Shown in pieces: positions 27,433-41,922 of a stretch of DNA of 64,000 nucleotides; the stretch's first letter is position 1; each line of letters begins with the position of its first letter. The position numbers and the translations under genes are program-made. Origin of the DNA: Eledone cirrhosa (Eukaryota). Location of the stretch: assembly GCA_964016885.1 (NCBI GenBank), contig OZ024741.1, positions 300,142,001 through 300,206,000 on the forward strand, read 5' to 3'. The notes under the pieces were generated by a model. It did no database searches. It saw only the letters and a list, made by a program, of their open reading frames with translations, and was not told the origin of the DNA.

Positions 27433-28190
27433 GAAGTGAGGTTTTTTTACAAATGAAAAATAACCGAGGTGTCCTACACGAGTGAAAGTATAAAGTAAAA
27501 AAGATGAAATCGAAAATGCAACTGTAATCTTATTTCTTATATCCTTCTTATATCTATAAAAAAATACACATATACACGCAATACGTGCAGACATAGATAT
27601 ATGTTTCTTGTAGACTTATATGTTTGTACGCGTGTACCTTGTTTGTTTAGTTTTCTTTTCTTTTCTCTTCTCTAGTGTTAATTGACTACTTTCTCTTTCA
27701 TTTAAACATGTTTTCTTTCTAATATATTGTTCCATTTTTATAAATATATCGAGAATGACACTTTCTTTTAATAATTACACTCCCTTACCTCTTTATCTTC
27801 CGCATATAAGTGAACGCGCGTGTGTGTGTGTTTATACGCGTGCCTTCATATTCATATAATGTATCTAATACCCTGTTTCTGTATACATGTCAACTAGATT
27901 ATCAAATTATTTTCAACTCATATTATCTCCGTATTTGTGGTTACGTATACACAAATATACTTGCCCTCATATATATATTTACGCACACATTTTCACCATA
28001 CACACGCATTTGTACATACATACATATGTACATTTGTGAGTGTATATACATACATAGACACACACCTAACTTTATTTCCTTATAATTTTTTTATATATTT
28101 TATATGTCTACTGCATTACTTTTAATTATATATATATATTTTTTTTGCATTTCTTGAGGAGACTTTCCAAATATTTCACTATGTTTTATA

Positions 28191-28266
28191 TTGCCTCGTC
28201 CGACGAACGAATGAGGACGTTTCTTTCGTATTCGTCTTATTCGGGAAACCTCTGGTAATGAGGTAA
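28191..28266 (+). ncRNA. Type I hammerhead (U4C) in a solo pseudo-LTR-like segment
   Basis: ttgcctcgt CCGACGA a-cgaatgaggacg...cgtcttattcg-g GAAA cc-tct-gg TA atgaggtaa; downstream acatagagcactct shared with PLE 1 terminus. Confidence 0.7.
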
Positions 28267-28500
28267 TTATATTGTATTGTTTATTATACATTAAATTTTG
28301 CTCTGGTACTTACATAGAGCACTCTTCACTCCTATAGAGCACTCCTCTCTCTCTCTCTCTCTCTTATATATATATATATATTGTTATACTCTGGGAGGGT
28401 CATGTTGCCAATAAAAACACACGCACCTGTTGGTTTTCACTTCAATTTATTATAAATTTCCGGTTGGTTGGTTCAATAACCGGATGGTTGTTTATATATT

Positions 28501-28543
28501 GTCAAAGTTGTTTCGTCACACATTCTGTGACCTCCTCAGTGAC
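28501..28543 (-). ncRNA. Type I hammerhead variant in a PLE terminus fragment (28381-28775)
   Basis: gtca CTGAGGA g gtcaca-gaatg-tgtgac GAAA caac TT tgac; end gggagggtcat shared with 41760 and 47400. Confidence 0.65.
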
Positions 28544-28779
28544 TGATTAAAAAAATGTTTGTCTCTCTTTTGTTCTCTCCTACACCATCTTGTTTTTGTG
28601 TGTTGTGTGTCATGTGCTTGGTTTGCGTATGCATTACATCCGTGTGTGTGTGTATTTTTATTTATTTATGTGTTTATTTACTTGTCACTAGTTGGTTGTT
28701 TGTTCTATTTGTGTGTGTCTGATTTGTTTTGTTAGTTTGGTTTTTGTGTGTGTCTGTGTGTCTTCATTTTGTCCTTGAT

Positions 28780-29244
28780 CTAGGGCGGGTAAAATTCCAG
28801 AGTTCCATGGACGAGTTCTCTCCAGCGGTCTCTGTCCCTCATTATCGCTGCCATGTCCTGCGCTCTCCAACAGACCAGTGAGATCGGTGTGGAAGTGGGA
28901 CCTTCGTAAATACCTGAAAATCCGCTTCTTCATTGCTGCAGTGGAGTATGTGCTGCTGTACGGGTCTGAGACTTGGGCACTCACGAAAAAACTCACTCAG
29001 ATGGAGGATGGGTGCTACACCATAATGCTGAGGATGGCTCTGAACATTAATCAGTATACACTGAGGATGAAAAACTCAGAGCTGTATGGGAGCCTCCCAA
29101 AAGCCAGCTCAAAAGTGACACAGAGGAGACTGAGGTTAGCTGGGCATGCCCACCGACATCCAGAGTTGACATTGCACTCAGTGCTCCTGTGGAAGCCCCT
29201 AGATGGACACACTGGAAGAGGAAGACCAAGGGTAACGTATGTTG
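28780..29244 (-). mobile_element. RTE-type LINE 3' fragment with 5' inversion
   Basis: + strand 28878-29244 encodes [13 protein letters not shown]...RLAGH...[11 protein letters not shown]; - strand 28880-28790 encodes the expected continuation ...[18 protein letters not shown]. Confidence 0.75.
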
Positions 29245-29300
29245 ATATATATATATATATAAATATATATATGTATGTATGTATATATAGGTATGTATAT

Positions 29301-29447
<147 letters not shown>

Positions 29448-29805
29448 CACATATATATATGTCAACCTTTCTATTGCTTTATTTGACTCTCCCTCTATTC
29501 ATCTGTGTATTTGAGTAACAGTCCTCGAATTAAAACAACAATATCAACAACGAAATCCGAAATAGAAATCCGAAAATAGTTCGATTAAGAGACATTAACA
29601 TAGATAGAACGCAGTAATTTAGTTTATATATGATTGATAATGATTAAACAAAATATGAAAGTAGAAAATCGTAATTGATTTAAATTAATGTATGATCAAA
29701 AGTGATTGCAGGATTGAAAAGAGTGTGAAGAGCAAGAAAAAAAATCAACGCTTCCAGCATGAACGTTGTATTAAAGGAATTAATTATATTTGCTATAAAC
29801 CCCCC

Positions 29806-30052
<247 letters not shown>

Positions 30053-31120
30053 GAGGAAGAGAGTGAGAGTGAGTAAGCCGTTTGCAAATATGAAAATAGA
30101 TAGAGGTAGGTGAAGAGATTTTAACTGCGGAAAATTACGAGATTTATTAAAGTAAAGTGTTCAAAAGGCCATATACAATTTTTAATAGCATAAATACTTT
30201 AATAGAAGTATTTATGTAGACACGTAGAGCAAATAATAAATTGAAAATAAGACCAAACACTGCTAATTATATCATATTTTAATTAAAATATGATATAATT
30301 AAACGTATTTGGGCTTATGTTTTTATTGTTGTATATATGTGCGTGTATATATATGATGTATATATGTCAGTGTTTGTGTGTGTGTGTGAGTGTGTGTGTA
30401 AATGTGCGCGTGAGTGTATGTTTAGCGCGCATTTTCAATAAAACACATAAGAAAGAATGTATAGCATACTCCTTCATATATGCTACATTGAAAATACGTT
30501 TATGCTCTAGCTTGATCATTCTTATTAAGTTCTTAATTCTTTGTTTGGAAATAAATGAACGTTCATCAACTAAAGACGATTTAAATTAGGAAATCCTGCG
30601 TGTAAAACATACACGAGTTTACGGTGTTTAACCCAACTCATTAGCAGATCATGCCATATAAACAAATTTAGTCCCAAAGAAATGCAATCCCCTCATTCCG
30701 TATTCTATAACAACAAAACACAACGTGGTTATGTAGTGGATGGACGTGTCATTAAATGACTCATAACAGAAGACACAACTTGCATCGATCCGAAGCGCAA
30801 ACTTGTAGTTACAATATACTACAAAAATACGTCTTAGTTAACACACAGCCGCAGACCTATAACTCGCAGTGTGTCCTGCAAATGAATATTGTGGTATATA
30901 GATTTCATGCGAAAATCCAAGTTAGAAACTTTGATGGATATGTGAAGGCTTCGAATCGTTAATAAACATAATGATTTAGGAAAACGACTATCCCAAACTA
31001 AGCAGAAGGACTGATAACAGAATACGAACAATCCTTAATAAAAATAATAAATCTAAAAACCAGTCAGGTTTTCGATAGAAACACACACACACTGACATAC
31101 ATCTCTCTATTTCTCTCTCC

Positions 31121-31250
<130 letters not shown>

Positions 31251-31315
31251 GTGTGTGTGTGTGTGTGTTTGGGGGTTATATGAATAGTCGAAACCCGATG
31301 GATGAGCTCCTGCCA

Positions 31316-31527
31316 TAAGAAATGTTAGTCTGATAATGGGATTTAGAACCCTCAGATAAATGGAAATACATGGGTGATGTGTTGATGATGGGTGAAGTAT
31401 TGGTGATGGGTGAAGTGTAGAGGTCGGGATAACCAAATATGTGGGTTCGACTCCCATGTACGTCAATACTTATCTTTTTCCATTTATCTGAGGGTTCTAA
31501 TTCACATTATCAGACTAAATTTTCTTT
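31316..31527. repeat. Inverted repeat (about 50-bp arms) around a 110-bp spacer
   Basis: ttagtctgataatgggatttagaaccctcagataaatggaaa vs tttccatttatctgagggttctaattcacattatcagactaa. Confidence 0.8.
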
Positions 31528-31640
31528 AGTCAAAAAATACGGTGAAAGCTAATCTATTTTCTAATTTCAAACCTGCTCACTGTTTCAAAACACATTTTCC
31601 ATTGGTAATGGAGTAGTTATATAATGTGTTGTTCAATTTC

Positions 31641-31682
<42 letters not shown>

Positions 31683-31691
31683 TATATAATA

Positions 31692-32670
31692 CGGGTTCCC
31701 TTTTATTATTCAACTAAACGCCCGTTGAAAAAGAGGTTTCCTTGTTCATCTTCTTACCAGAAGCCGGATATTTTTTATGTAAGCTGACGGTAACTGATTT
31801 AGGAGCCGCAGAAACCCAAATGTTGGAATTTACCATCTTTCCAGGGGGTCCGGGTAAATTTTTCATTCATACATATTTTTATTTGTCTGACCCGAATTTT
31901 CTTGGTCGTTTTTTCGGCTGTGCGAAGGATTGTTTAAGCATCGTCTCAATGTGTTGGTATTTAAACGTTAGTTATAGCTCTGGTTTATCTAAACTATTGA
32001 GCACTTTGCCACACATTTCGAAGATTGTGTTTCGTTATTTCGTGGGGAGAGATTCGGATTCTCGATAATTTGTATGTATTTATCTCCAGTCTTTAGCTAT
32101 TGATCAGTTAATTTTATTGATTTTTTAGTTGATCCTATTGACTGATGAATAGCTCATGTTAATTTTAACCCGTCTGTTGAGAACTCTAATTCGATATGTG
32201 ATATTTTGTATTTTTACAATAATATACACTACTGAATTCATTCGCCTAATATAGTGGTTCCCTCCCTTGCTAGACCCCACGTGGATTTAGTAATGGGTTC
32301 CCTTGTATTATTGAACAAAACGCCCGTTGAAAAAGTGGTTTCCTTGTTAATCTTCTTACCAGAAGCCGGATATTTTTTATGTAAGCTGACGGTGACTGAT
32401 TGAGGAGCCGCAGAAACCCAAATGCTGGAATTTACCATCTTTCCAAGGGGTCCGGGTAAATTTTTCATTCATATATATTTTTATTTGTCTAACCCGAATT
32501 TTCTTGGTCGTTTTTTCGGCTGTGCGAATGATTGTTTAAGCATCGTCTCAGTGTGTTGGTATTTAAACGTTAGTTATAGCTCTGGTTTATCCAAACTATT
32601 GAGCACTTTGCCACACATTTCGAAGATTGTGTTTCGTTATTTCGTGGGCCGAGATTCCGATTCTCGATAA

Positions 32671-32672
<2 letters not shown>
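31692..32672. repeat. Partial tandem duplication, period 602 bp, between (TA)n tracts
   Basis: 31692-32070 repeated at 32294-32672. Confidence 0.85.
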
Positions 32673-32722
<50 letters not shown>

Positions 32723-33110
32723 TAAGAACCATATTTACCCTAGACGAAATGCGAACATTTTAATTAAATTCATGCTATCCATGAAACCATGCGAACATAA
32801 CCACAATCAAACCCAATCACCATAAACACGTCTTTCAAAAATATATACCAGCCATCTCGTTAAAGCAACGATCAACCTACTACAATTACTGGTATGTCGA
32901 TGACGATTGCCATCAGGATGCAGCCGTGGTATTGCATATTTCTTATACTTTTATGACCGTCTACTATCCCCTTACGTAAGGCATTCTTCTTGTGCATAAT
33001 CAGTACAAACATCCAAATATATATATGAGTATGCTCCATTTCGTTTGTATGTATGTTCTTCTGGTTTCATTACTTAATAGATTTTTACCTGTAGATACGT
33101 AGATAGGTAA

Positions 33111-33146
<36 letters not shown>

Positions 33147-33147
33147 G

Positions 33148-33179
<32 letters not shown>

Positions 33180-33429
33180 AGAGAATGCCAGTTTCCAACA
33201 TAGACAAGACTCTTTTCATTGGAATTATAGACAACATCAACTAGGTAATATGTATGTATATCTGCATACGTGCGTGTCTGTGCGTGTGTCTGAGTCTGTA
33301 TGCATGTAGGTATGGATGTTATTGTATGTGTGGATATGTATGTATGAATGTATGTATGTGTGTATGTGTGTGTATGTATGAAGTATAGGCGAGGGAAGTC
33401 ACTGTTTCCTAATGACCTGTGCTCATAAA

Positions 33430-35600
33430 TGTTGTCATTACATCTCATGTACGTGTAATTGAGAGGTCATAGACTTGCAGAAATGACTTAGGTGATGTCG
33501 AGACAGCCATCATCTAAAAAAAGGAAGCAACCATACTGTATCTATGTATGTAACCCAGTACAACCTGTCGCATAGTCCGGTCGTCGCGCACTAAACTCCA
33601 CCAAGTGTCCTTGCTGAGGGGGGTGACTTTGGACATCCTGCAGGTCAAAAAACAAAACCTAACATAGGGTGAAAGAACTCACAAAAATCAACGGCCATCC
33701 AAAGAAAAATGTGTAAATATGTATATACACCTGTACATAAGTGTGTATATGTATATATATATGTGCATGTGTGTATGTATAAGCGCTGAGACATAGAAAT
33801 AGTAGGGCTGGATACCCGATCGCGCGGTTAAACCACTGGGAGGGAAGGACTCCTAGGCTTTGTCAGGGCTTACTTCTAGGAGAAGGCAACTCAGGAAACT
33901 GGGATGACTCCGACATAAAACCTGCGGCTCAGTAGTTACCGATGATGTTGATCTTTTCTTCTTTTCGGCTTATAGCTACTGTCGCTCAGAGAGTGAGGTT
34001 GGTTCTGTGCACAGTCTTTCATCACTTTAAAAAAATCTTCATGCTCAACATTGCACGATAGAATTAATTAATAATGGTATATCGTGCAATGGCCACACTC
34101 GATTACGAGGGGGTAGCCATCATGTATGTATGAAAGTATAACCCGCAACACCACTCAAAAAAGACGTGGTGAAATAACGTGCGTGATATGCAACCTAGTG
34201 TGTAGAACTAGTTCGGGAGTAAAAAAACACACATGGCGGTGCATAAAGATTATGTCCCACAGGGTGACACCAACGGTCCTGTGGAAAGCACAACTATCTT
34301 TTGTCACCTGTGTCGTAAATCATGCAGTTGGTCTACAAAGTCATCTACGAAGCCATGGACGCGGATGGGGGGACTATGAAGATTCAATAAGATACGGCAA
34401 CCATCTGTGAAGACGCTGCAATCCTCCTCAGGTATGTGCATATACATATGCTTGTATGTATTAATATATGTATATATGAAGGTATGTATGTATGGATTGA
34501 TGGATGTGTGTAAGCATGCATGTATGCTATGTTAGGTTGCTCTTCAGCGCGACTCGTAACATGTAATCCAATACAACCTGTGCATATTTGGGGCGTCGAC
34601 GACTAGGCCGGCAACTCCACCAATCATGCTTGGTGAGGAGAGTGGTTTTGGACACACTGCTGGATGAAAAACAAAACACGTCAAAGGTCGATGGACCTCA
34701 GGTTAGTCAATGCCCATCAAATGAAATATTTTTAGTGGGGGAGGGCAGTGGAGTGAGAGATTCCTAGTCTTCATAAAGACATCTCTCTCAGAGAAGGTCA
34801 CTCTGATATAAAAACTGCCACCTCGTTTGCATCAAATTATGTATACCAGTTCTTCTGTTGGGTAAATGCATTTAATGCTCAGAGAGTAGGATTGGCCCCG
34901 TACAAAGCCTTTCCTCACTTAAAAAAGCTTCAATCACAGGCATCGCTTGATAGGTGACATTGTTTGCGATGCATGGCATTGCTGGCCTAGGAAGATCACT
35001 AGCAAGACAAAATAGCCACGTCTGTGATACTCATGCTTAAGTATGAAGCTATGGCTTTACTCGAAATCGAGTTGCAACCATCATGTATGTACGTATGTAA
35101 GTATGTATGTATGTATGTATGTATATATGAATATATGTATGCAGGTATGTATGTATGTATGTATGTATGTATGTATGTATGTATGTATGTATGTTGGGAG
35201 AGATGACCCCTTAGCCTTTGTCAAGGTAGAATTCTAGGAGAAGGAAAACTCTGATATAACACCTGCAACTCTGATGGTATCCAATGATGTTGACTTGTTC
35301 TCCTTTTTGATAAATATCATCTTGGTTAAGAGAGTGGGACTGGCTTTGTGTAGTGCCTTTGCTCACTATAATGCATTGCTTTATATCTGGAGATCTCTCT
35401 GCACTTGTTGTCACATGGTACCATGGGCCCAGCACTATATGTCAATATTTGTCTCAAGTGTTGTGTTTGTACCAGAGTTTTCAAGTCGCTGGCTGGACTA
35501 AAAAGTCACACTCGTTCAGCGGATCTGTAGGGGTTCTCCTACATGGATATATAGTAGTGGCCGTACTCGAAAACGAATTGGCAGCCACCATGTATGTATG
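33430..35600 (+). mobile_element. Cluster of short RTE-derived elements with (TATG)n tails
   Basis: Repeated aggagaagg(c/a)aactc...ataaaacctgc blocks; C2H2-like RTE C-termini (CVICNLVC...KKH; CVCTRVFKSLAGLKSH); recurrent 3' end gca(g/a)cca(t/c)catgtatgta. Confidence 0.6.
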
Positions 35601-35610
35601 TATGGGCATA

Positions 35611-35690
<80 letters not shown>

Positions 35691-36199
35691 CATGTATTTA
35701 TGTTGTGTATGTATGTATGTATGTATGTATGTATGTATGTATGTATGTATGTATGCATGTATGTATGTATGTATGTGTATGTGTGCTTTAGTATACTGTA
35801 TTATACACAAAGAGGAAGAAAAGTGAATGTGAGACAGAGTTCAGGGAAGAGAGAGTGTACATGTTAGTTAGTGAATGATAGATAACTATACGTATGAATT
35901 TCATCATTAGTAGTGACAATATATACATTTACTAATTTCTAGAATATATAATATATGATTGTATATCTAGATTAAGAGAAATCATCGATCCATACTATAT
36001 ACATTAATATACGCTACAAAACATTAATACATTAATTATTTGATCTGTATCCTATCATTTGTCAATCTTAAACAGTTTCTTTGAATTATTTGTAAATGTA
36101 ACGTTATACATCAATACAGATATTTTTTGTATGTTTTCGATTGATGTGAACGGAAAGTTTCAAACATGATTATTATGACAATTGATCTTAGGGGAACAA

Positions 36200-36817
36200 A
36201 ATCATGTAGAATATATAGGAGATTTCTTTTCCTCGACTACGATCGTAAAATCTATATATAATATAAAAGATTGGAACACCCGTGTTCCTTTTGAGAAACC
36301 TGAAACCGCTACGTCTCTGGAATAGCGTACGCTTTACAGTTATGCGCAGGATGAACCATCTCCTGGAGGTCACTATATTTGGAGATGATCATCAAGGAGA
36401 AAATGCATTTAATCCCCAAATTTCTCTCATCCCCATTTCTACCGAGCTACTTTTCAAATTCTCAAGACCTCATCTCCCTGTTAGATCCCAGTTTTGCTAT
36501 GGCCATAAATAAATCTCAGGGTCAGACTCTCAAACTTGTAGAATTGAATGAGATAATCGGGGTTTACCCACGGAGAGTTATATGTAGTTTATTCACAAGT
36601 GGGAACACCTAGTACTCTTCATATGATATACACGATCGGTGAAACGAAGAATTTGTTGTATCTCAATAATATTTTACTATTTTTTTGTCCCCCACACATA
36701 CCCTCCATGTTTCCGTCTCATACTGTAAACTAGACAACGTATCCAATACAGTCGTTTTCTCTTCTACCTGTATTCTCTTATCATGTTTACCCGGGCGAAG
36801 CTGGGTACCTCAACTAG
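36200..36817 (+). mobile_element. Helitron 3' remnant (Pif1 C-terminus and terminus)
   Basis: PVFLLRNLKP; FAMAINKSQGQTLK; hairpin acccgggcgaagctgggt then CTAG followed by T. Confidence 0.8.
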
Positions 36818-37610
36818 TATTAATAAAATGTTCATAGAACAAAACTACTGAGTAGGAATTTGACGTTTCTGGGAGGGTTAAAAAAATCCTGTTCTGCTGG
36901 TTACTCATACACAGTATAATTTTAATAGATTAGAGTGGTGTAATATTTGAAAAATGAAAAGATATGCTCTGTTAAAAAAAAGTTATAATAAATACCGTTA
37001 CGTTTACACAACTTCTCACTTCTATGTAAAGTTAAATATTTGAGGTGTTTGTCAAAGAATGTACAATTCTCTACTATATGGAATACTATTTGTTTATCTA
37101 AATTTATTGGAATTCATCAAATGAACTCTAGCGTGGTTTTGCTCTTGAAACAAATGCGATAAAGGAATACTAATAAAATATTGGTGCAAATTAAGTCAAC
37201 TAAACATTAAATGTTACATGATTATTATAATATATTGAAAATTTGGATACAAGCGTAGACAAGAGAAATCAATATTCTACAATCTGGTGACCTTGAGGCT
37301 ATAATGGAAACAAGAAAATAATCCAAAAAAAGGTTAAGTCATAATTCCATCGATTTGAAGAAATAAATGTAGTCTAGACTATAGCGGCGTGAATATTCAC
37401 AAATAAGATTAGATGAGAGAAGTGACCTGTATAATTTGATTGTGGCGTTTGTATTTAACCAATAACACTTATGTTATGTACAGTTATGTACAGTAATAGG
37501 AGAGTTATAGCCCTTATTAAATTAGGTTCAGGGTAAAATATTTATGATCACAAAATATTGTTTTGAGTATGATACATATGTATTCAAAATATGATTTCAT
37601 AAAGATAATA

Positions 37611-37797
37611 GGCGGTGGATTGGCAGTATCGGTAGAGGGTCGGACACCATGCTTTCCAGCATAGTTACGTCCCTTTACGATCTTAGTTCAAATCCCGCCG
37701 AGGTTGACTTTGCCTTTCATCCTTACGGGGTCGATAAAATAAAGTACCAGTAATGCACTGGCTAATTGCTGGTCTTGTGCCTAAAGTAGAAACAATT
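37611..37797 (+). mobile_element. tRNA-derived SINE, full length, 17-bp TSD
   Basis: A-box TGGCAGTATCGG, B-box GTTCAAATCC; ATTTCATAAAGATAATA at 37594-37610 and 37798-37814. Confidence 0.9.
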
Positions 37798-38947
37798 ATT
37801 TCATAAAGATAATACATTTAAAACAAAATAATCAAATTCTTTGATAAAAGGTTTTTAATTTAAAGAAATAGGATTATTGTAAATATGCAAATTATTTGAC
37901 AGCTCGTTAAAAAGAGAAATAGTTTCATCCATATAAATGTTAGTAATAATATTCAATTAGCTATAATAGAATCCAGAATCTGGATGATCGTCTTTTCATA
38001 TACACACATTAGACGTGGATTCATTTAACAAGGATTTACTCTCTTTATATATATATGTGTGTGTGTCTGTGTGCGAGTGTGTGTACGCGTGTGTGCGTGT
38101 ATGTGTGCGTGCGCGTGTGTGTGTGTGCGCGCGCGTGTGTGCGTGTGTGCAAATCCCAACCGCGGTGCAAGGTAGTTTCGGCTTGTGTGTTCAGTTAGCT
38201 TTTAAAGATGCAGTAATATTTCTTTTAGGATTGAAAGAATATGTCACTTGTCTTGGTAGTGCTTTAGTTTGAGTATATCTAGTTGTAAACTGGTCAGATG
38301 AAGGATGTGGTGGTGGGAGGGCAAACAGTGGAAAGTTTAACCAGACAGGTAAGGGGTCGGCAGAAGGAAGTAATGTGAGTGGGGGTCGGAGTAGATAGGG
38401 GGTTAGAGTGGAGTAGGGTAAAGGGTTATGGTTATTTGTAGATGGGAACTATACGCTGAAATGGTATTTTTAAGTGAAGCTTAAAGTAAAAGGTGTGTTG
38501 TGTAGGAGTGAAGAATTAGCTGTAAAACGTGGCTTGTATAGAAGTAAATTAGCAGATGGTTAAAGAAAATAGTAAATAGGGTATAAATAAGATCAGGTAA
38601 AATATAGGGTTTTAAAATTAGGTAGAGTGGATTTTATGGGTTGGTAAAGAGCGATGATGTTATCTACTATGTGTATGCACACTGCATACATAGAGGCTAA
38701 TATTATTATGAGTTATAGAAAGTTTTGCATGAGAATACTTGAATAAAAGAGTCAAATATTACTGTTTGACATAAGAGTTTAGATAGTAAATAAATGAGTA
38801 AGTGGAAAGAGTGGGTAAGGGATACATAAACAGGCACAGGGGCATTCGTATACGCGCACTTACATGCCCTTGTACATAAAAGCATGCACACACCTGTACA
38901 ATCATGTTTACCTACCCGCAAGTGCGCATGCACAGTCGTGCGCAGAA

Positions 38948-38997
<50 letters not shown>

Positions 38998-39154
38998 CTA
39001 GACATATGCACATCCGTACACTGTCACACATGTGCACATATAGGCCAAAGGGTGAGGGGGTGGAATTGTCCGTGCTCATCTTCCTACATAGACCTATGCA
39101 TGGCCAAATGATGAGGTACGGGGTATGACTGTCTTTACACATGCACCTACATGT

Positions 39155-39252
39155 AATTCTGTCGAAGTTACCTGATGAGACCGTCCTGTTTTGCATCACA
39201 ATTGGATGATGGAGCTGGATTATTGAAATATGTATAGTGATTTCACGGAATT
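39155..39252 (+). ncRNA. Type I hammerhead with extended stem I
   Basis: aattctgt-c-gaagttac CTGATGA ... GAAA tatgta TA gtgatttc-acggaatt; stem II base irregular. Confidence 0.65.
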
Positions 39253-39449
39253 AAAATTTTAGAATTTATCTTCCAGTCCGGCCATCTGTTGTCGATTTTA
39301 AATATTTTACTCCGTTCCTGCGCCAACCACTGAATACCACATCTATGATAGATGACTTGCATAACGTTGAGTGCTTTGTGGGCTTCCTTACATCATGATT
39401 CGCCTACCAGAACCACCAGTTCTACCCTTAGGTAAACAAAATAACTTAA

Positions 39450-39482
<33 letters not shown>

Positions 39483-39483
39483 A

Positions 39484-39563
<80 letters not shown>

Positions 39564-39759
39564 GTGTGTGTGTCTGTGTGTGTGTTTGTGTGTGTGTGTG
39601 TATATAAAGGAATACATATTGATGCTTCTTATAGAGAATTAGCGAGTAGGTATTTGAATTCATATAAAAATCAGAAAGCTCAGCCCTTCAAGAACGTTAA
39701 AACACCAACATTCTCCCAAAGACAGAGATGGGCAGAAATGCCTCAGGAGACAGAGACCA

Positions 39760-40240
39760 GCCGGTGATAGAGAGACAGCCCAGGTGGTGGGCGACAGGCA
39801 GATGAAATACAGAAAAGACCGAAAGAGGAGAGCGAGATATGGCGGCTGTTGCAGTGAGTGTCGCTGGCCATTGCCCAAGGAAATATCTTTGTCAGTTATG
39901 TTCGTGGGGAACAGCCCAAACATCATCCCGCTCCAGGAATAGAGCCTATCACGCTCTCCCCTCCCTCTCTTTTGTCCATGACCTCATATTCCCTGCTTTT
40001 TCCCTCCTTTTGCTCTCACTCTCAGGTATGGCATTTATACCCCTTTCTCGTACCTTTCTATATTGTTAGATCTGCTCTTCTTTAAAACTTCCCCCTTCTC
40101 TTTTTTGCTTGATTTCGGTTTTAACCTTTTTTATCTTATTTTTTTCTTTTTCTTTCATATTTTCATCAATTTATGCAATGCTATTTATACAACTGTAAAT
40201 TGATTTATTGTCTGTAATTCTATTAAATTATTAAATAAAT
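39760..40240 (+). mobile_element. CRE-like non-LTR retrotransposon 3' fragment
   Basis: RLLQ*VSLAIAQGN resembles the QRxSLAIxRGNA motif; similar to 55540-55670. Confidence 0.5.
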
Positions 40241-41049
40241 AAACTGAAAAATTTTACAAAAAAATAATAATTGAAAAGCATAAATGGACATGTGTTGAGT
40301 ACTTACCTATTTTACATGAATCAATTTCAGTATCACTATACCCAAAGGAAGTAGGTGGAGTGAACTCTGTATTAAAGTTCGCATATATCCCTATCCTTCT
40401 ACAAACCTAAGCATCGCCAATAAACAATAGATATCATACAGCGACATCTCATACAAATATATGGATTAGATAAAAACTGTCGATATTATTACAAATTATT
40501 TTAAGATACAATACAACTTTCTCTGTGCATATGAAAAGTATAAACTACAAACTTCAAATCATGGGGTTTATTAAAGACAACAGAAAATCTATGGAAGTAT
40601 CGCCCAATTATTTAAGAGAACCCAACCTTTATAATATCTACATATCCCAGTGTATTAAACACAAAGGTCACGTCCTGCATGAACACATCCACCAATCGGC
40701 CAAAACTCTACACAACGCATATTCTCCACAATTGCCCTATAATGATATACATTAATATATACATATACGTCAACATGCCAATCAGGCATTATCAATATAC
40801 TTCACACAACACATACGAGACACAAACACAACCATATCTTCGACACTAACAAATTAAGTATTAAAATAACATCAAAATTAACACCAACTAAAGGCGAAAC
40901 GGAATTACTATAGAAACATAGTGCTAAAGCAGCTAAAATAAACTACTCTTCACTCTAGAAAAGCTTGAATAGCTCAGTGTAATGCAATAGAAACTCACAT
41001 AAAACACACACAAAATCACGATGAAATTAATATTAATGATTTCCAACCT

Positions 41050-41246
41050 TGGCTCAAAGCCAGCAATTTCGGCTGTAGGGAATTGATAATATCGGCCCGT
41101 GATTGACTATTTTTTCATCAACTATACACAGAAGGTTGAGAGGCAACTTTGACCCTGACGGGATTTAGATTTACAAATGAAAGAGACGTAGCTATAAACA
41201 ACACAGCATACTGTTCGACGCTCTAACGCTTCTCCTTATCTGCCGG
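41050..41246 (-). mobile_element. Degenerate SINE related to the 37611 family
   Basis: gccagcaattt...aggcaactttgacc...gggattt...acgctctaacgcttc. Confidence 0.55.
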
Positions 41247-41922
41247 GCTAGAGACAAAAATAATAATCAAATGTATTCATGTGATAGAGGAACGGATAAT
41301 ATAAATGATAATATGAGAAGAAATAAATCAGTCTATGCAATATCATATTTATTTTAATTTTATTATTATCTTTTTACAAAAAGAACTGGAAAAGAATCTG
41401 AACGATTGAAAAATATGTCAATAAATATTTTAAAATATTCAAATAAATATTGATAAATGCTTGAAATATGGGTATCAGATTATTCTTATCAACATACGGA
41501 GGGCTAGTTTTGAAAATAAGAATATCATAAAAAGGGAAAACATCTCAATTACGAAACAGATAACTGAGTTACACAACACTGTCGTGGTATAATTTTCTAC
41601 AATATTCAAATTGAATACTTTCATACATAACAGAAATCTGTGTCACGTTATCTTAAGTAAACGACATTTGATACGGATTAACATATATATATATATATAT
41701 ATAGTTTTGCAAGGTTTTCGTTATGAAATCGTCTCTCGAAACAAATATTATTATACATGGGGAGGGTCATATTGTTTAAATATTGCCAGAAATAATAACA
41801 GAACACACTCACTGTTTGGTTGGTTTTCGCTTCTGTATCTTTTATATCCCCATAGTTAATTTTTTGGCAATCAATGCATATCATTGATTGACGAGCGGTT
41901 AAAAATACAGATATAAATATAT

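Noticed and set aside
37611-37700. tRNA gene
   Set aside because: A and B boxes belong to a SINE with a TSD and several dispersed copies; no cloverleaf.
38160-38215. Minus-strand tgca...GAAA ctac...tgca hammerhead-like remnant
   Set aside because: CUGANGA core absent; at best a heavily decayed copy.
40260-41030. A/C-rich segment with SLYPKEVGG, possibly an L1/Tx1 ORF2 remnant
   Set aside because: Too degraded to assign from one weak motif.
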